A model generated the notes under the pieces. It made no database searches. It was not told the DNA's origin and was given only the letters and a program-made list of their open reading frames with translations. A stretch of 64,000 nucleotides of DNA from a virus. Taxonomy: Duplodnaviria > Caudoviricetes. Positions 18,014-27,698 of the stretch are shown piece after piece. Both the position numbers and the translations under genes were made by a program. How positions within the stretch are numbered: the first letter of the stretch is position 1; every line of letters starts with the position of its first letter. Location of the stretch: the IMG/VR virus record IMGVR_UViG_3300033068_000963, positions 1-64,000 of that record, one strand, 5' to 3'.

Positions 18014-18786
18014 CCCACCGCACCGAAACCATCGGTTCCGCGACGCTGCACCTGGGCGACTGCCTGGAGATCGCGCCGACCCTCGGCCGGGTCGATCACA
18101 CCATGATGGACCCGCCTTACGAGGCGATCATGCACGCGTCCAAAGACAACATGAAGGGCCTCGTCCGCCCGGACGGCTCCCACCACTGGAAGCCCCTCGG
18201 CTTCGAATCCATCGACGAGGTGCGCGCTGAAGTGGTCCGCGTCTTCGGGGACATCACCGACGGCTGGTTCATCGCCTTCTGCACCTCCGAAGGCGTCGGC
18301 CGCTGGGCTGACGAGATCAATCCGAGCCCCATGAAATATAAGCGGGCCTGCGTCTGGGTGAAGCCCGACAGCACGCCGCAGATGAACGGCCAAGGCCCGG
18401 CGCAGGGCGCGGAGCACTTCGTCTGCGCCTGGGCCGGCAGCGGCTTCGCGAAGTGGAACGCTGGCGGAAAGCGCGGCGTCTACACCCACAGCGTCAATGC
18501 CGGCCGTCAAGGCGAACACCCGACCGAGAAGCCCGTCTCGCTGATGCTGGAACTGGTGTCGGACTTCACCTCGCCCGGCCAAGTCGTGTGCGACGGGTTC
18601 ATGGGGTCGGGCACGACCGGAGTCGCCTGCCTGCAACTGGGCCGCACCTTCATCGGCATCGAGAAGGATGAGCGCTGGTTCGACTTGGCCTGCCGCCGCA
18701 TCGAGGCCGCCCATCGCCAACCCCGCCTGTTCGAGGAGCCGCCGGCTAAGGCCGTGCAGCCTTCGCTGTTGGAGCCGTCCGCATGA
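18010..18786 (+). CDS. Beta-class N6-adenine/N4-cytosine DNA methyltransferase
   Basis: DPPY, HPTEKP and DGFMGSGTTG. Confidence 0.92.
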   Translation: MTHRTETIGSATLHLGDCLEIAPTLGRVDHTMMDPPYEAIMHASKDNMKGLVRPDGSHHWKPLGFESIDEVRAEVVRVFGDITDGWFIAFCTSEGVGRWADEINPSPMKYKRACVWVKPDSTPQMNGQGPAQGAEHFVCAWAGSGFAKWNAGGKRGVYTHSVNAGRQGEHPTEKPVSLMLELVSDFTSPGQVVCDGFMGSGTTGVACLQLGRTFIGIEKDERWFDLACRRIEAAHRQPRLFEEPPAKAVQPSLLEPSA

Positions 18787-18983
18787 TCCCCGCCGCCATC
18801 GAAACCATGCGCTCCACCTCCACCACCCTCCTGATCGAACGCGCCAGGCTCGACGGGGTCCTGATGGCCCTCTGCGAGACCGGCGGCTTCCCCATGACCG
18901 TCGCAGCCGTGCAATCGGCGCTGCAACGGCTCGCGGCGGAACAGCGGGCGGCGGGCGATCTGCCGGAAGGGTGGGTTTCGTGA
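18783..18983 (+). CDS. Hypothetical protein
   Basis: Coupled at both ends. Confidence 0.55.
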   Translation: MIPAAIETMRSTSTTLLIERARLDGVLMALCETGGFPMTVAAVQSALQRLAAEQRAAGDLPEGWVS

Positions 18984-19690
18984 GCTTCTCGGTCATCGAC
19001 CTGTATTGCGGCGAAGGCGGCGCGGCCGAGGGCTACCGCCAGGCCGGCGCAACCCTGATCGTGGGCGTCGACCTCTCCAAGCAGCCTCGATACCCGTTCG
19101 GCTTCCTGCTGGCCGACGGGACCACGATGGACCCGCGGTTCATCCGTCAGTTCGATCTCGCGCACGCCTCGCCGCCCTGCCAGTTCGGGACCGAGCTCAA
19201 CAGCGACAAGAGCCGCCACCTCAACCTGATCCCTCAGACCCGGGCCCTCCTGCAGGCCGCCGGCGTCCCCTATGTGATCGAGAACGTCCGCGCCGTCCGG
19301 CCGCACCTGATCGAGCCGGTGAGCCTGTTCGGCTTCATGTTCGGCAACAAGATGACGACCACCCGCGGCGAGGTCTTTCACCTGTCCCGCGAGCGTTTGT
19401 TCGAGACCAACTGGGGCCTCACGGCGCCGGCGCTCTGGTCCCCGCAGCAGCCGATCGCGAACGTCTTCGGCGGCCACCTCCGGTCCCGCAGCGGCGAGTA
19501 TCGCACCGGCAACGGAACCGGCCGGACCCGCGACTTCATCGGCGAGGACAAGCCAGCCCTGGCGCGTGAGTTGATGGGGATGCCTTGGGCGACCATGAAC
19601 GGGATCTCGGAAGCGGTTCCGCCCTCCTTCACCCGCTACATCGGCGAACAGTTCCTGGCCCACCGTCAACAGGCGAGGGCCGCAGCATGA
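18980..19690 (+). CDS. Short C5-cytosine DNA methyltransferase
   Basis: DLYCGEGG, ASPPCQ, IENV, R.R.F and EAVPP. Confidence 0.85.
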   Translation: MSFSVIDLYCGEGGAAEGYRQAGATLIVGVDLSKQPRYPFGFLLADGTTMDPRFIRQFDLAHASPPCQFGTELNSDKSRHLNLIPQTRALLQAAGVPYVIENVRAVRPHLIEPVSLFGFMFGNKMTTTRGEVFHLSRERLFETNWGLTAPALWSPQQPIANVFGGHLRSRSGEYRTGNGTGRTRDFIGEDKPALARELMGMPWATMNGISEAVPPSFTRYIGEQFLAHRQQARAAA

Positions 19691-21186
19691 CCCCATCCCC
19701 ATCCCTCGCCCTGGTCCCCCAGGCCGACGTCACCGGGCCTCCGGCCAACCTCGACGCCGAGCAAGCCCTGCTGGGCATCCTGCTCTACGACAACGCCGCG
19801 CTGGAGCGCATCGGCGACAGCCTCAAGGCCGTCCACTTCTTCGAGCCCTTCCACTCCCGGCTCTACGACGTCATCGAGGGCCACGTCCGCCGCGGGCAAC
19901 TCGCCGAGCCGATCCTGATGGCCGAGCAGTTCAGCCGCGACCCAGCGTTCAACGAGTTGGGCGGGGTCTCTTATCTTGCCGATCTGGTGGACCGCGCGCC
20001 ATCCAGCGCCAACGCCCCCGACTATGCCCGGGTGATCTTCGATCTCGCCCGGCGCCGGGAACTGATCCGCATCGGCGGGGACCTGATCGACAGCGCGACC
20101 CGGCCCCGCGACGAAGAGACCAGCCAGGACATGCTGGAGGGCGCCGAGCAGGCCCTCTATTCGCTCGCCGAAACCGGAACCGCATCTCAGGGCTTCCAGG
20201 CGTCCGACGACTATCTCGCCGGCGCCATCAACATGGCCGCCGCGGCGTTCTCGCGGGATGGCGGCTTGTCGGGCCTCTCCACCGGCCTGGCCGATCTCGA
20301 CTCCAAGCTGGGCGGGCTGCACCCGTCCGACCTGCTGATCCTCGCCGCCCGCCCCTCGATGGGCAAGAGCGCGCTGGCTGTGAACATCGCCCTCCACGTC
20401 GCCCGCCGCTACGCCTTCGAGGTCGCGCCCGACGGGTCGCACCGCACGACGGACGGCGGCCGGGTGGCGTTCTACTCGCTCGAAATGTCCGCCGAGCAGT
20501 TGGGGATGCGGATGCTCGCCGAGATGTCCGGCGTCTCCGGCGACCGGCTCCGGAAGGGTGAGATCGAGGCGACTGAGTTCGCCAGGGTCCGCGACGCCGC
20601 TTACGAACTCCAGGGGATGCCCCTCTTCGTCGACGCGACGGGCGGGATCAGCATGGCGAAGATGGCCGCGCGCGCCCGCCGGATGAAGCGCCAGGGCGGT
20701 CTCGACCTGATCGTGGTGGACTACCTGCAGCTCATGTCATCGGGCCAGCGCACCGAGAACCGGGTTCAGGAGATCAGCACCATCACCGGCGGCCTCAAGG
20801 CGCTCGCCAAGGAACTCTCGGTTCCGGTTCTGGCCCTGTCGCAACTCTCCCGCCAGGTCGAGCAGCGGGAAGACAAGAAGCCGATGCTCTCCGACCTGCG
20901 CGAATCCGGCTCCATCGAGCAGGACGCCGACTGCGTGATGTTCATCTACCGCGAGGAATACTACCTCTCCCGCACCGAGCCCAAGGCCGGCACGCCCGAA
21001 CACCTCGCCTGGTGCGATGAGATGGATCAGGCCCGCGGCCTTGCCGAGGTGATCGTCGGCAAGCAGCGTCACGGCCCCATCGGGACCGTCCGCATGGCCT
21101 TCAACGAAGACCTCACCAAGTTCTCCAACCTAGCGCGCGATCCGAGCCGGTTCGGCTCGCCGCGCCTGCCCCATGGACAAGACTGA
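19687..21186 (+). CDS. dnaB: Replicative DNA helicase
   Basis: AARPSMGKS, VVDYLQL, LSQLSR, SDLRESGSIEQDAD and KQRHGP. Confidence 0.97.
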   Translation: MTPSPSLALVPQADVTGPPANLDAEQALLGILLYDNAALERIGDSLKAVHFFEPFHSRLYDVIEGHVRRGQLAEPILMAEQFSRDPAFNELGGVSYLADLVDRAPSSANAPDYARVIFDLARRRELIRIGGDLIDSATRPRDEETSQDMLEGAEQALYSLAETGTASQGFQASDDYLAGAINMAAAAFSRDGGLSGLSTGLADLDSKLGGLHPSDLLILAARPSMGKSALAVNIALHVARRYAFEVAPDGSHRTTDGGRVAFYSLEMSAEQLGMRMLAEMSGVSGDRLRKGEIEATEFARVRDAAYELQGMPLFVDATGGISMAKMAARARRMKRQGGLDLIVVDYLQLMSSGQRTENRVQEISTITGGLKALAKELSVPVLALSQLSRQVEQREDKKPMLSDLRESGSIEQDADCVMFIYREEYYLSRTEPKAGTPEHLAWCDEMDQARGLAEVIVGKQRHGPIGTVRMAFNEDLTKFSNLARDPSRFGSPRLPHGQD

Positions 21187-22133
21187 TGGCGCGTATCCGC
21201 TCGGTTCACCCCAGCCTCTTCACCGACGAAGCCTGGGTGTCATGCTCGCCGCTCGCCCGCCTGCTCTACATCGGCCTCTGGACGGACGCCGATGACCAAG
21301 GGCTGTTCGAGTGGAAGCCGCTGCAAATCAAGATGCGGCTCCTGCCCGGCGACAGCGCCGACGTGCCGGCGCTACTCGCGGAATTGATCGGCGCCGACCT
21401 GATTTCTGGGCTGGAGTCGGGCGGTAAAAAGCTCGGCGCCATCCGCTATTTCAGGAAGTTCCAGAGGCCGAAAAAGCCGAACGCGACCTTCGTATTGCCG
21501 GCCGAATGGGTGAATTACGTCGGCTTAAGCGGCGACGATGGCGAACCCGAGGGCGATGAACCGCCACCAGTGGGGAACCAGTTCCCCCCCAGTGGGGAAA
21601 ACTCTCCGCAGAGGGAGGATGGAGGAGGGGTAAAGGAAGAGAGATCGGAAACTAACGTTTCCTCTCTCTCTCAGCGAGCGAGCCCGAAGGCGAAGTCGCC
21701 GATTGCGGAAGGCTTCCCCGGACAGCCTGAGGTCGCCGAGGCGGCGGAGATGGTCGCGGAGGCCGGGGTAGTGCTGGACGCTGCCGACCACGCCAAGCGG
21801 TTCCGGGGCCACGCCCTGACCAACGACCGGCGGGTGGCCGACTGGGGCGCTGCCTGGCGGAGTTGGGTCGAGATCGAGATTGGCAAGGCGCCGGCCGCCG
21901 CTGCACCGCCAGCACCCGCTGAGCCCTACGTCTGGCCCGGCCCCGCCGACATCTGGGGCCTGGCCGTTTCCCGCATGGGTCCCGACTGGGCCGCGGGCTA
22001 CGTCGGCCGATGCGCCTGGCGAGACGGCGCCCTGGTCTGCCCAAGCCCGACCATCGCGAAGGGTATCCGCGGCGAGATCGGCCGCGACCTCGACGGGCTC
22101 GGATACCGGCTGCTCGAAGGCCAAGCCGCATGA
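21186..22133 (+). CDS. Replication initiator (O-like)
   Basis: MARIRS..P..F...ARLLYIGLW..ADD.G N-terminus. Confidence 0.8.
   Translation: MARIRSVHPSLFTDEAWVSCSPLARLLYIGLWTDADDQGLFEWKPLQIKMRLLPGDSADVPALLAELIGADLISGLESGGKKLGAIRYFRKFQRPKKPNATFVLPAEWVNYVGLSGDDGEPEGDEPPPVGNQFPPSGENSPQREDGGGVKEERSETNVSSLSQRASPKAKSPIAEGFPGQPEVAEAAEMVAEAGVVLDAADHAKRFRGHALTNDRRVADWGAAWRSWVEIEIGKAPAAAAPPAPAEPYVWPGPADIWGLAVSRMGPDWAAGYVGRCAWRDGALVCPSPTIAKGIRGEIGRDLDGLGYRLLEGQAA
21565..21675. other. Candidate replication origin of phage 1
   Basis: CCAGTGGGGAA repeats, a purine run and the palindrome ggaaac..gtttcc inside the initiator gene. Confidence 0.5.
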
Positions 22134-22300
22134 CCCCCAACCCCTACGAGCCCCTCGCCGTGGCCCTGGCCTCAGACTTCCCCGAGGACTGGCTGAAGTT
22201 CTCCGAGCCGATGCGGGCGTATTTCCTGCGCCTGGCGGAGCGGGTTTCGCGGGCGGCCCACCTGATCCCGAAGATTGAAACGAAGGAAGCCCAGCCATGA
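22130..22300 (+). CDS. Hypothetical protein
   Basis: Coupled ORF. Confidence 0.55.
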   Translation: MTPNPYEPLAVALASDFPEDWLKFSEPMRAYFLRLAERVSRAAHLIPKIETKEAQP

Positions 22301-22791
22301 GCCGCGCCCTCCCGAAGCGCACCGACTTCGACGAACCGATTGACGCCGAACTGGCCCGCTGGCCCGGGGTGACGTGGAGCCGGGCCCTGCGCTCGAAGCA
22401 CTACGCCCTGGTGCTGGAGTTCCGCGGCGTCTCCCGGTTCGTGACCTATTCGGGCACGCCCAGCGATGGCGGCCACGGCCTGCAGAACCACCTCCGCGAC
22501 GTCCGCAAGGTCTGCGTCGAGATCGGGGCCAAGCGGACACCGGAGCCGCGCGCCAAGACCCCACCCCGCCAGCGCAACCGAACCGAGCCCCGGCTGGTGG
22601 CGAACGACGACAAGGCGACCGGCGGTCCGCTGCGTGACCCGTGGGCGGCTCTTGAGGGCGTGACGTTCAATCCCACGCCGCAACCCGTAGAGGCGGCTCC
22701 TGCGCCACGCCTGGGGTTGTGGCGTCGGTTCTGGTCCCGCATCCGCGCTGCAATCCTCCCCAACCCCACCGGAGACGCCAATGACCGCTGA
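22297..22791 (+). CDS. Protein with HicA-like N-terminus
   Basis: KH..L.......VT..GTPSD....QN...DVRK. Confidence 0.5.
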   Translation: MSRALPKRTDFDEPIDAELARWPGVTWSRALRSKHYALVLEFRGVSRFVTYSGTPSDGGHGLQNHLRDVRKVCVEIGAKRTPEPRAKTPPRQRNRTEPRLVANDDKATGGPLRDPWAALEGVTFNPTPQPVEAAPAPRLGLWRRFWSRIRAAILPNPTGDANDR

Positions 22792-23731
22792 CACCCTCTC
22801 CGAAACCGAGGAGCAGACCCGCAAGCGCATCCGAGAGGCCAAGATGCGCGCCCGCCTGGACGAGCACCAGCGCGCCGCCCGGCTGAACGAACCCCTCCGC
22901 GATCCCGTCACCGTCGCGGCCCTGGCAGAACTCACCAACGACGCCCGGATGAAGCGGGCCGAGGCGGAGTCCCTGCGGATCACCGGCGCCAAGGCCTTCC
23001 GCTCGCAGATCCACAAGCTGGAGGCCGAGGCCCGCAAGCTGGACGCCCAGGCCGAGGAACTGCGCCGAGCCGAGCTGGAGCAAGACCGGCTCTACGGCGA
23101 GGCGAAGGAGCCGATCCTGATGGCGAAGGCCAGGGGCGCGGAGATCATCGCCGGGGACGTCGAGATCGCCGAGGTGGCGCGCGACGACTACGGCGCCCGG
23201 ATCATCCATCGCCGCGGCCCGAACAAGGGGACGCCCGCCCTGGTCTACACCCGGGCGACGCGGGCCAAGAAGCTGGACGGGATCGAGCACGCCTTCCATC
23301 GCGGCTATCTCTCGGCGCACGGGCCATCTGCCGCCGCCCAGATGCTTTCCGTCGGCCTCGCCTACCAGGGCGCCGTCGCCGCCGCGAACCCGCTCAAGGC
23401 TGTCGACCCGGGCGCAACCGGGGGAGGGGGCTGCGAACCTGGCTCCCCCCTGGTCAAGGCCAACGAGGCGGCGGAATGGCTGCGGATCGCCCGCAAGGAG
23501 CTATCGCCCCGCCAGCGCGCGGTTCTGGACAAGGTCTGCGGCGAGGGTTTCACCGTGGGCGATGTTGCAACCGACATGCGCGCCGGCGTCCCCGCCACCA
23601 TCCGGGCCCTGCGCGGCGGCCTGGCCCAGGCGGCGGAGAGCCACCGGGCGGCCAGGGCCAGGGGAGAGGCCGGGAGGGTCGGGGGGATGCTCAAGGCCGG
23701 GGTGCGGGCGGTTGCGGGGGTGAGGTCGTGA
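22781..23731 (+). CDS. Probable late transcription activator (sigma4-like C-terminus)
   Basis: LSPRQRAVLDKVCGEG..V.DVA; last large early gene. Confidence 0.6.
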   Translation: MTADTLSETEEQTRKRIREAKMRARLDEHQRAARLNEPLRDPVTVAALAELTNDARMKRAEAESLRITGAKAFRSQIHKLEAEARKLDAQAEELRRAELEQDRLYGEAKEPILMAKARGAEIIAGDVEIAEVARDDYGARIIHRRGPNKGTPALVYTRATRAKKLDGIEHAFHRGYLSAHGPSAAAQMLSVGLAYQGAVAAANPLKAVDPGATGGGGCEPGSPLVKANEAAEWLRIARKELSPRQRAVLDKVCGEGFTVGDVATDMRAGVPATIRALRGGLAQAAESHRAARARGEAGRVGGMLKAGVRAVAGVRS

Positions 23732-23955
23732 CCCGCCTTCACGTCAGCGAGGCATGGGAGCAGGCGCTGGAAGACCGCGCCCTGACCTGCAAGACCTGCG
23801 ATGCGCCGTCTGAGGAAGGCGGGACGCACTGCATGCCCTGCCGCACGTACTGGGAAGACGTGCTCGCTGGGGTCTTCGATGAGCCCGACGTGGATGGCGA
23901 GATGGTGCCGCGCTATCGGCCGACGATGCCCGAGACCGAAGGAGAGGCTGCGTGA
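23728..23955 (+). CDS. Small zinc-finger protein
   Basis: CKTC..CMPC. Confidence 0.55.
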   Translation: MTRLHVSEAWEQALEDRALTCKTCDAPSEEGGTHCMPCRTYWEDVLAGVFDEPDVDGEMVPRYRPTMPETEGEAA

Positions 23956-24146
23956 GCTACGATCTCCCTCCCAACTTCAGGTCGCTGTCAGGTGGGCAGC
24001 TTCGCGACGAAGCAAGGCGAACCGACCGGCAATTGGGCCGTGAAATCGATCGCCTGCGGATAGCCGACGCTCAGTTCCGCGCCGTGATTGATCGCGCGCT
24101 CGCCATCGAGGATGAGCAGGCCCGGCGGAAGAACACCCCCACCTAA
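23952..24146 (+). CDS. Hypothetical protein
   Basis: Coupled ORF. Confidence 0.5.
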   Translation: MSYDLPPNFRSLSGGQLRDEARRTDRQLGREIDRLRIADAQFRAVIDRALAIEDEQARRKNTPT

Positions 24147-24418
24147 GCCGCCCTCGGCCTCTTCACCGTCAGATCGTAATACCTCACCGGAATCCCCCCT
24201 GGTGGCAGCGCCCCGTTCAGCAGCAGTTGAACCGAGGACGCCAGCGGCCAGGGGATAGCCGCATCCCGCCGGCTCTCATGGTCGCGGATCATCTCGCCGG
24301 GGTCGCGGGCTGGGTTGAGCAACGCCCGCCCAAGCTCAGAGGCGAAGACGGGCCTATTCCAGCCCCACATCTTCCCGAGCCTTGTGCGCGCCAATCTCAG
24401 CTCGTTGCCGGTCATCAA
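24143..24418 (-). CDS. XRE-like HTH protein
   Basis: MTGNELRLAR..LG....SELGRAL....IRDHES....IP. Confidence 0.65.
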   Translation of the reverse strand: MMTGNELRLARTRLGKMWGWNRPVFASELGRALLNPARDPGEMIRDHESRRDAAIPWPLASSVQLLLNGALPPGGIPVRYYDLTVKRPRAA

Positions 24419-24896
24419 GCGGGCCTGTCGTTTCTAGGGCGGAAACCGGAGAATACCGCACGTTGTTTCGGACGCAAACCCGCCCTCTCGCGCGCACGCG
24501 GACAGCCGCTTGCCCCCCGTCTGAAAACCGCGCATCAGATCGTCAGGGCCGGAAATCGCGCCTCACCCGGCCCCACCCCTCGGGCGCCGACCCCCAAGCA
24601 CAACCTCGCGGCCCAGCGCAAACCCACGCGGAACGCAGCGCCACGAGGTCGGACGCCTATCCCCGCAGCGACCGCGGCAAACGCCCGGGTGAAGCGTCCA
24701 GGCCCTCACTGGAGGGCCAACCCCGCCGCCAAACAAGCACGGGGGCCAATTCAGCCGGAAACGGCCCACCCTTCGCGCCAAGCGGACGCCCCGCACCCCA
24801 GGCAAGGCCAGCGCCCCGCCGATCGTCGGGACATCGTCCGGGCGGACCCGCGCTGAGCCCCCATCCCCGAGGCCGACCGCTTCGGCGCGATCCATC

Positions 24897-25181
24897 ATGC
24901 GAGGTCCGATGCTGCCTGGCCCCGTCCACCGTGAACGCCCCGAGATCGACGGCTTCTGCTTCGACGAGACCGCCGGCCTCGATCTTGGCGCTATCAACGC
25001 CATGGCCCAGACCGGCCACGTCTTCGTCACCGAGTTCCGAGCCCGCCGCCACGACGGCACCCCGGCCCGGTTCGGCGGAACCCTGATCGCCACCGACTTG
25101 GGCGAGGCTGTCGAGGAGGCGGCCCGCCGCGGGCTCGGTGAGACCGTCCTCGGCATCCTTCACTGCGTCGGGAACGCCTGA
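24897..25181 (+). CDS. Hypothetical protein
   Basis: First ORF after the late leader. Confidence 0.55.
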   Translation: MRGPMLPGPVHRERPEIDGFCFDETAGLDLGAINAMAQTGHVFVTEFRARRHDGTPARFGGTLIATDLGEAVEEAARRGLGETVLGILHCVGNA

Positions 25182-25183
25182 CG

Positions 25184-25453
25184 CTACTTCGGTTTCCACT
25201 CGCCCTTGAGGCGTCTGACGATCGGCCGCGGCGCAGCCTGCGTCAGGGTCGTCTTGGACCGCCCCGCAACGAGAGCAGCGGCCGGAGAGACGGGCCCTGG
25301 GCCCGGATCGGCAGCGGCCGGAACGGCCCCGCCATCCGCCCCAGAGATCAGGGCGCGCAACGTCTCGGCGTGAGACCGCAGGCCCATCCTGACCCGAACC
25401 CGCTCCAAGGCGGCCCGGTCGTCGTCGCTCAGCTCAAACAGCAGTTTTCCCAT
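25184..25453 (-). CDS. RHH-like DNA-binding protein
   Basis: LLFELSDDDRAALER....GLRS.AETLRALI; promoter TTGATA-16-TATATT with GATATC repeats. Confidence 0.65.
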   Translation of the reverse strand: MGKLLFELSDDDRAALERVRVRMGLRSHAETLRALISGADGGAVPAAADPGPGPVSPAAALVAGRSKTTLTQAAPRPIVRRLKGEWKPK

Positions 25454-25529
25454 GACGGGGAATATATCGCGATATCGAGAGATATCAAAGCCAGCAGCCA
25501 GGAAGCCTTCGGGTCTGGCGGGAGTGAAC

Positions 25530-25745
25530 ATGATTGAACCGGCGTTCGAGATTCGCCATGCCGACGGTTCGGCGCAGCGCATTTGGCCAGATGGCCGGGT
25601 CGAGGGGTTCGGCCCCAGCCCCGTAATCATCAACCGCATCCCTGCCATCGTGAACGCCGCCATCGCCGGCGAGCGCGTCAGGCAAGAGCGGGCTGCGTCT
25701 CGAGCGATGCGCAAGGTGAGCGACCCCATTGCCTCTGCTCGATAA
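25530..25745 (+). CDS. Hypothetical protein
   Basis: GGAG RBS. Confidence 0.5.
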   Translation: MIEPAFEIRHADGSAQRIWPDGRVEGFGPSPVIINRIPAIVNAAIAGERVRQERAASRAMRKVSDPIASAR

Positions 25746-26208
25746 CCCCCGCCAGGAACGCTTTGCGCAATGCCTGGCCAAAGGAAAAACCCAAGCCGAC
25801 GCCTACGAAGAGGCCGGCTACCGGCCCAATGACGGCGGCGCCTCCCGGCTTGCAGGAAATGTAAAGGTTAAGGCCCGCGTCGCCGAATTGGCTGAGCGCG
25901 CCGCCAACCGTGTCGAGGTGAGCAAGTCCTGGGTCATGGAGCGCCTGATGCGCAACGCCCAGATGTGCCTTGGCGAAGCCCCGATGGTCACGCCGGGCGA
26001 CGAAGAAACCGAGACCGTCGAATACAAGCGCGACCCCGCCGCGGCCAACCAGGCGCTGCAACTGCTGGGCAAGGAGCTCGGCATGTTCGTCGATCGCTCG
26101 ATCTCGGCCACCACGACCCTGGAGGAGATGCTTGACCGGATCGACGGAGACGATGACCCGGCCGGCCCACGACCAGCGGCTGGAGAACCTGAGGCGGCTG
26201 CGGACTGA
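25729..26208 (+). CDS. terS: Terminase small subunit
   Basis: L.NPRQERFAQ..A.G.TQ.DAY..AGY...ASRL; ALQLLGKELGMF. Confidence 0.9.
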   Translation: MPLLDNPRQERFAQCLAKGKTQADAYEEAGYRPNDGGASRLAGNVKVKARVAELAERAANRVEVSKSWVMERLMRNAQMCLGEAPMVTPGDEETETVEYKRDPAAANQALQLLGKELGMFVDRSISATTTLEEMLDRIDGDDDPAGPRPAAGEPEAAAD

Positions 26209-27697
26209 CTTTGAGACCTACGCCGCCCGCTGCCTCCGCATCCGCACCAAGACCGGAAAGACCGTCCCGCTCGTCCTTAACCAGGCCCAGCGCTACATCC
26301 ACAGCCGCCTGGAGCAGCAGAAGGCGGAGACCGGCAAGGTCCGGGCTCTCGTGCTCAAGGGCCGGCAGCAGGGCGCGTCCACCTACATCGGGGCACGCTA
26401 CTATCACCGCTGCGCCATGCGGCGCGGGATCTACGTCTACATCCTGACCCACGAGGGCGACGCGACGAACAACCTGTTCGGGATGGTCGAGCGGTATCAC
26501 CGCAACAACCCACTGAAGCCGTCGACGGGCATCTCGAACGCCAAGGAGCTGGTCTTCGACCGGCTGGACAGCGGGTACAGCGTCGGGACCGCGGGCGCTG
26601 CCGAAACGGGTCGCTCCAAGACGGTGCAGCTCTTCCACGGATCCGAGGCCGCCTTCTGGAAGAACGCCCGGAGCCACTTCGCTGGGGTGGTGCAGACGAT
26701 CCCCGATCTCCCTGACACCGAAGTCATCCTCGAGAGCACCGGAAACGGCATCGGCGGCGAGTTTCACGAACGCTGGCAGCAGGCCGAAGCTGGGATCGGC
26801 GACTACATCGCGATCTTCGTCCCGTGGTTCTGGTCTGACGAGTATCGGCGGCCGGTTCCGGAAGGCTTCTCGCTGGAAACCGAGGAGGCCGACTACGCCG
26901 CGGCCCATGGCCTGGACCTGGGCCAAATGGTCTGGCGCCGCGCCAAGATCGCGGAACTGAAGGACCCGATGCTGTTCAAGCAGGAGTACCCGGCCACCGC
27001 GGCCGAAGCGTTCCAATCCACCGGTCACGACGGCTTCATCAAGCCCGAGCAGGTGATGAGGGCGCGCAAGGCCGATCTCGAAGGCTTCGGCCCCTTGATC
27101 TGCGGCGCGGACCCGGCGCGCTTTGGTGACGACCGGTTCTCGGTCGCCTGGCGCCAGGGCCGCAAGATCCGCAAGGTCGAGAGCAAGACCAAGCTGGACA
27201 CCGTCGCCGGCGCGAACTGGCTGAAGGTGGTTATCGACGAGGACAAGCCGATGGCGATGTTCGTCGACGTCGGTGGGATCGGCGGCGGCGTGATCGACAT
27301 CCTGCACTCGTGGGGAGCGCCCTACGACAAGGTGGTGATCGCGGTGAACTTCGGCTCCCCCCCAAGGAAGCCGCCACGGCAGGACCCCGAGACCGGCAAG
27401 CCAATGGCCGGCCCGCGCAACCGTCGCGCTGAGATGTGGGACGACTCCAAGTCGTGGCTGGACGACGAGGCGGGCGCCGACATCCCCAACCTCGACAGCC
27501 TACAAGCCGACGCCTGCGGCCCTCGCTATCACTACGACATCAACCAGCGGCTGCTTCTGGAGTCGAAGGAAGACATGGCGCGGCGCGGTGTCCGGTCCCC
27601 GGATGAATGGGACGCCATTGCCCTGACCTTCGCCGAGCCGGTGAAGGACCCTCCGCCAAGGCCGAAGGCCGCGCACTCCATGAATTGGATGGGCTGA
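26153..27697 (+). CDS. terL: Terminase large subunit
   Basis: LKGRQQGAST, FHGSEAAFW, ILESTGNG, GADPA and SPDEWDA. Confidence 0.93.
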   Translation: MTRPAHDQRLENLRRLRTDFETYAARCLRIRTKTGKTVPLVLNQAQRYIHSRLEQQKAETGKVRALVLKGRQQGASTYIGARYYHRCAMRRGIYVYILTHEGDATNNLFGMVERYHRNNPLKPSTGISNAKELVFDRLDSGYSVGTAGAAETGRSKTVQLFHGSEAAFWKNARSHFAGVVQTIPDLPDTEVILESTGNGIGGEFHERWQQAEAGIGDYIAIFVPWFWSDEYRRPVPEGFSLETEEADYAAAHGLDLGQMVWRRAKIAELKDPMLFKQEYPATAAEAFQSTGHDGFIKPEQVMRARKADLEGFGPLICGADPARFGDDRFSVAWRQGRKIRKVESKTKLDTVAGANWLKVVIDEDKPMAMFVDVGGIGGGVIDILHSWGAPYDKVVIAVNFGSPPRKPPRQDPETGKPMAGPRNRRAEMWDDSKSWLDDEAGADIPNLDSLQADACGPRYHYDINQRLLLESKEDMARRGVRSPDEWDAIALTFAEPVKDPPPRPKAAHSMNWMG

Positions 27698-27698
27698 C

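Noticed and set aside
18010-19690. Restriction-modification system
   Set aside because: No cognate endonuclease is adjacent; the MTases sit in the lytic early operon as orphans.
24227-25086. ORFs of 209 and 234 aa across the late leader
   Set aside because: Pro/Arg/Ala-biased, no RBS or motif, and overlapping better-supported genes.
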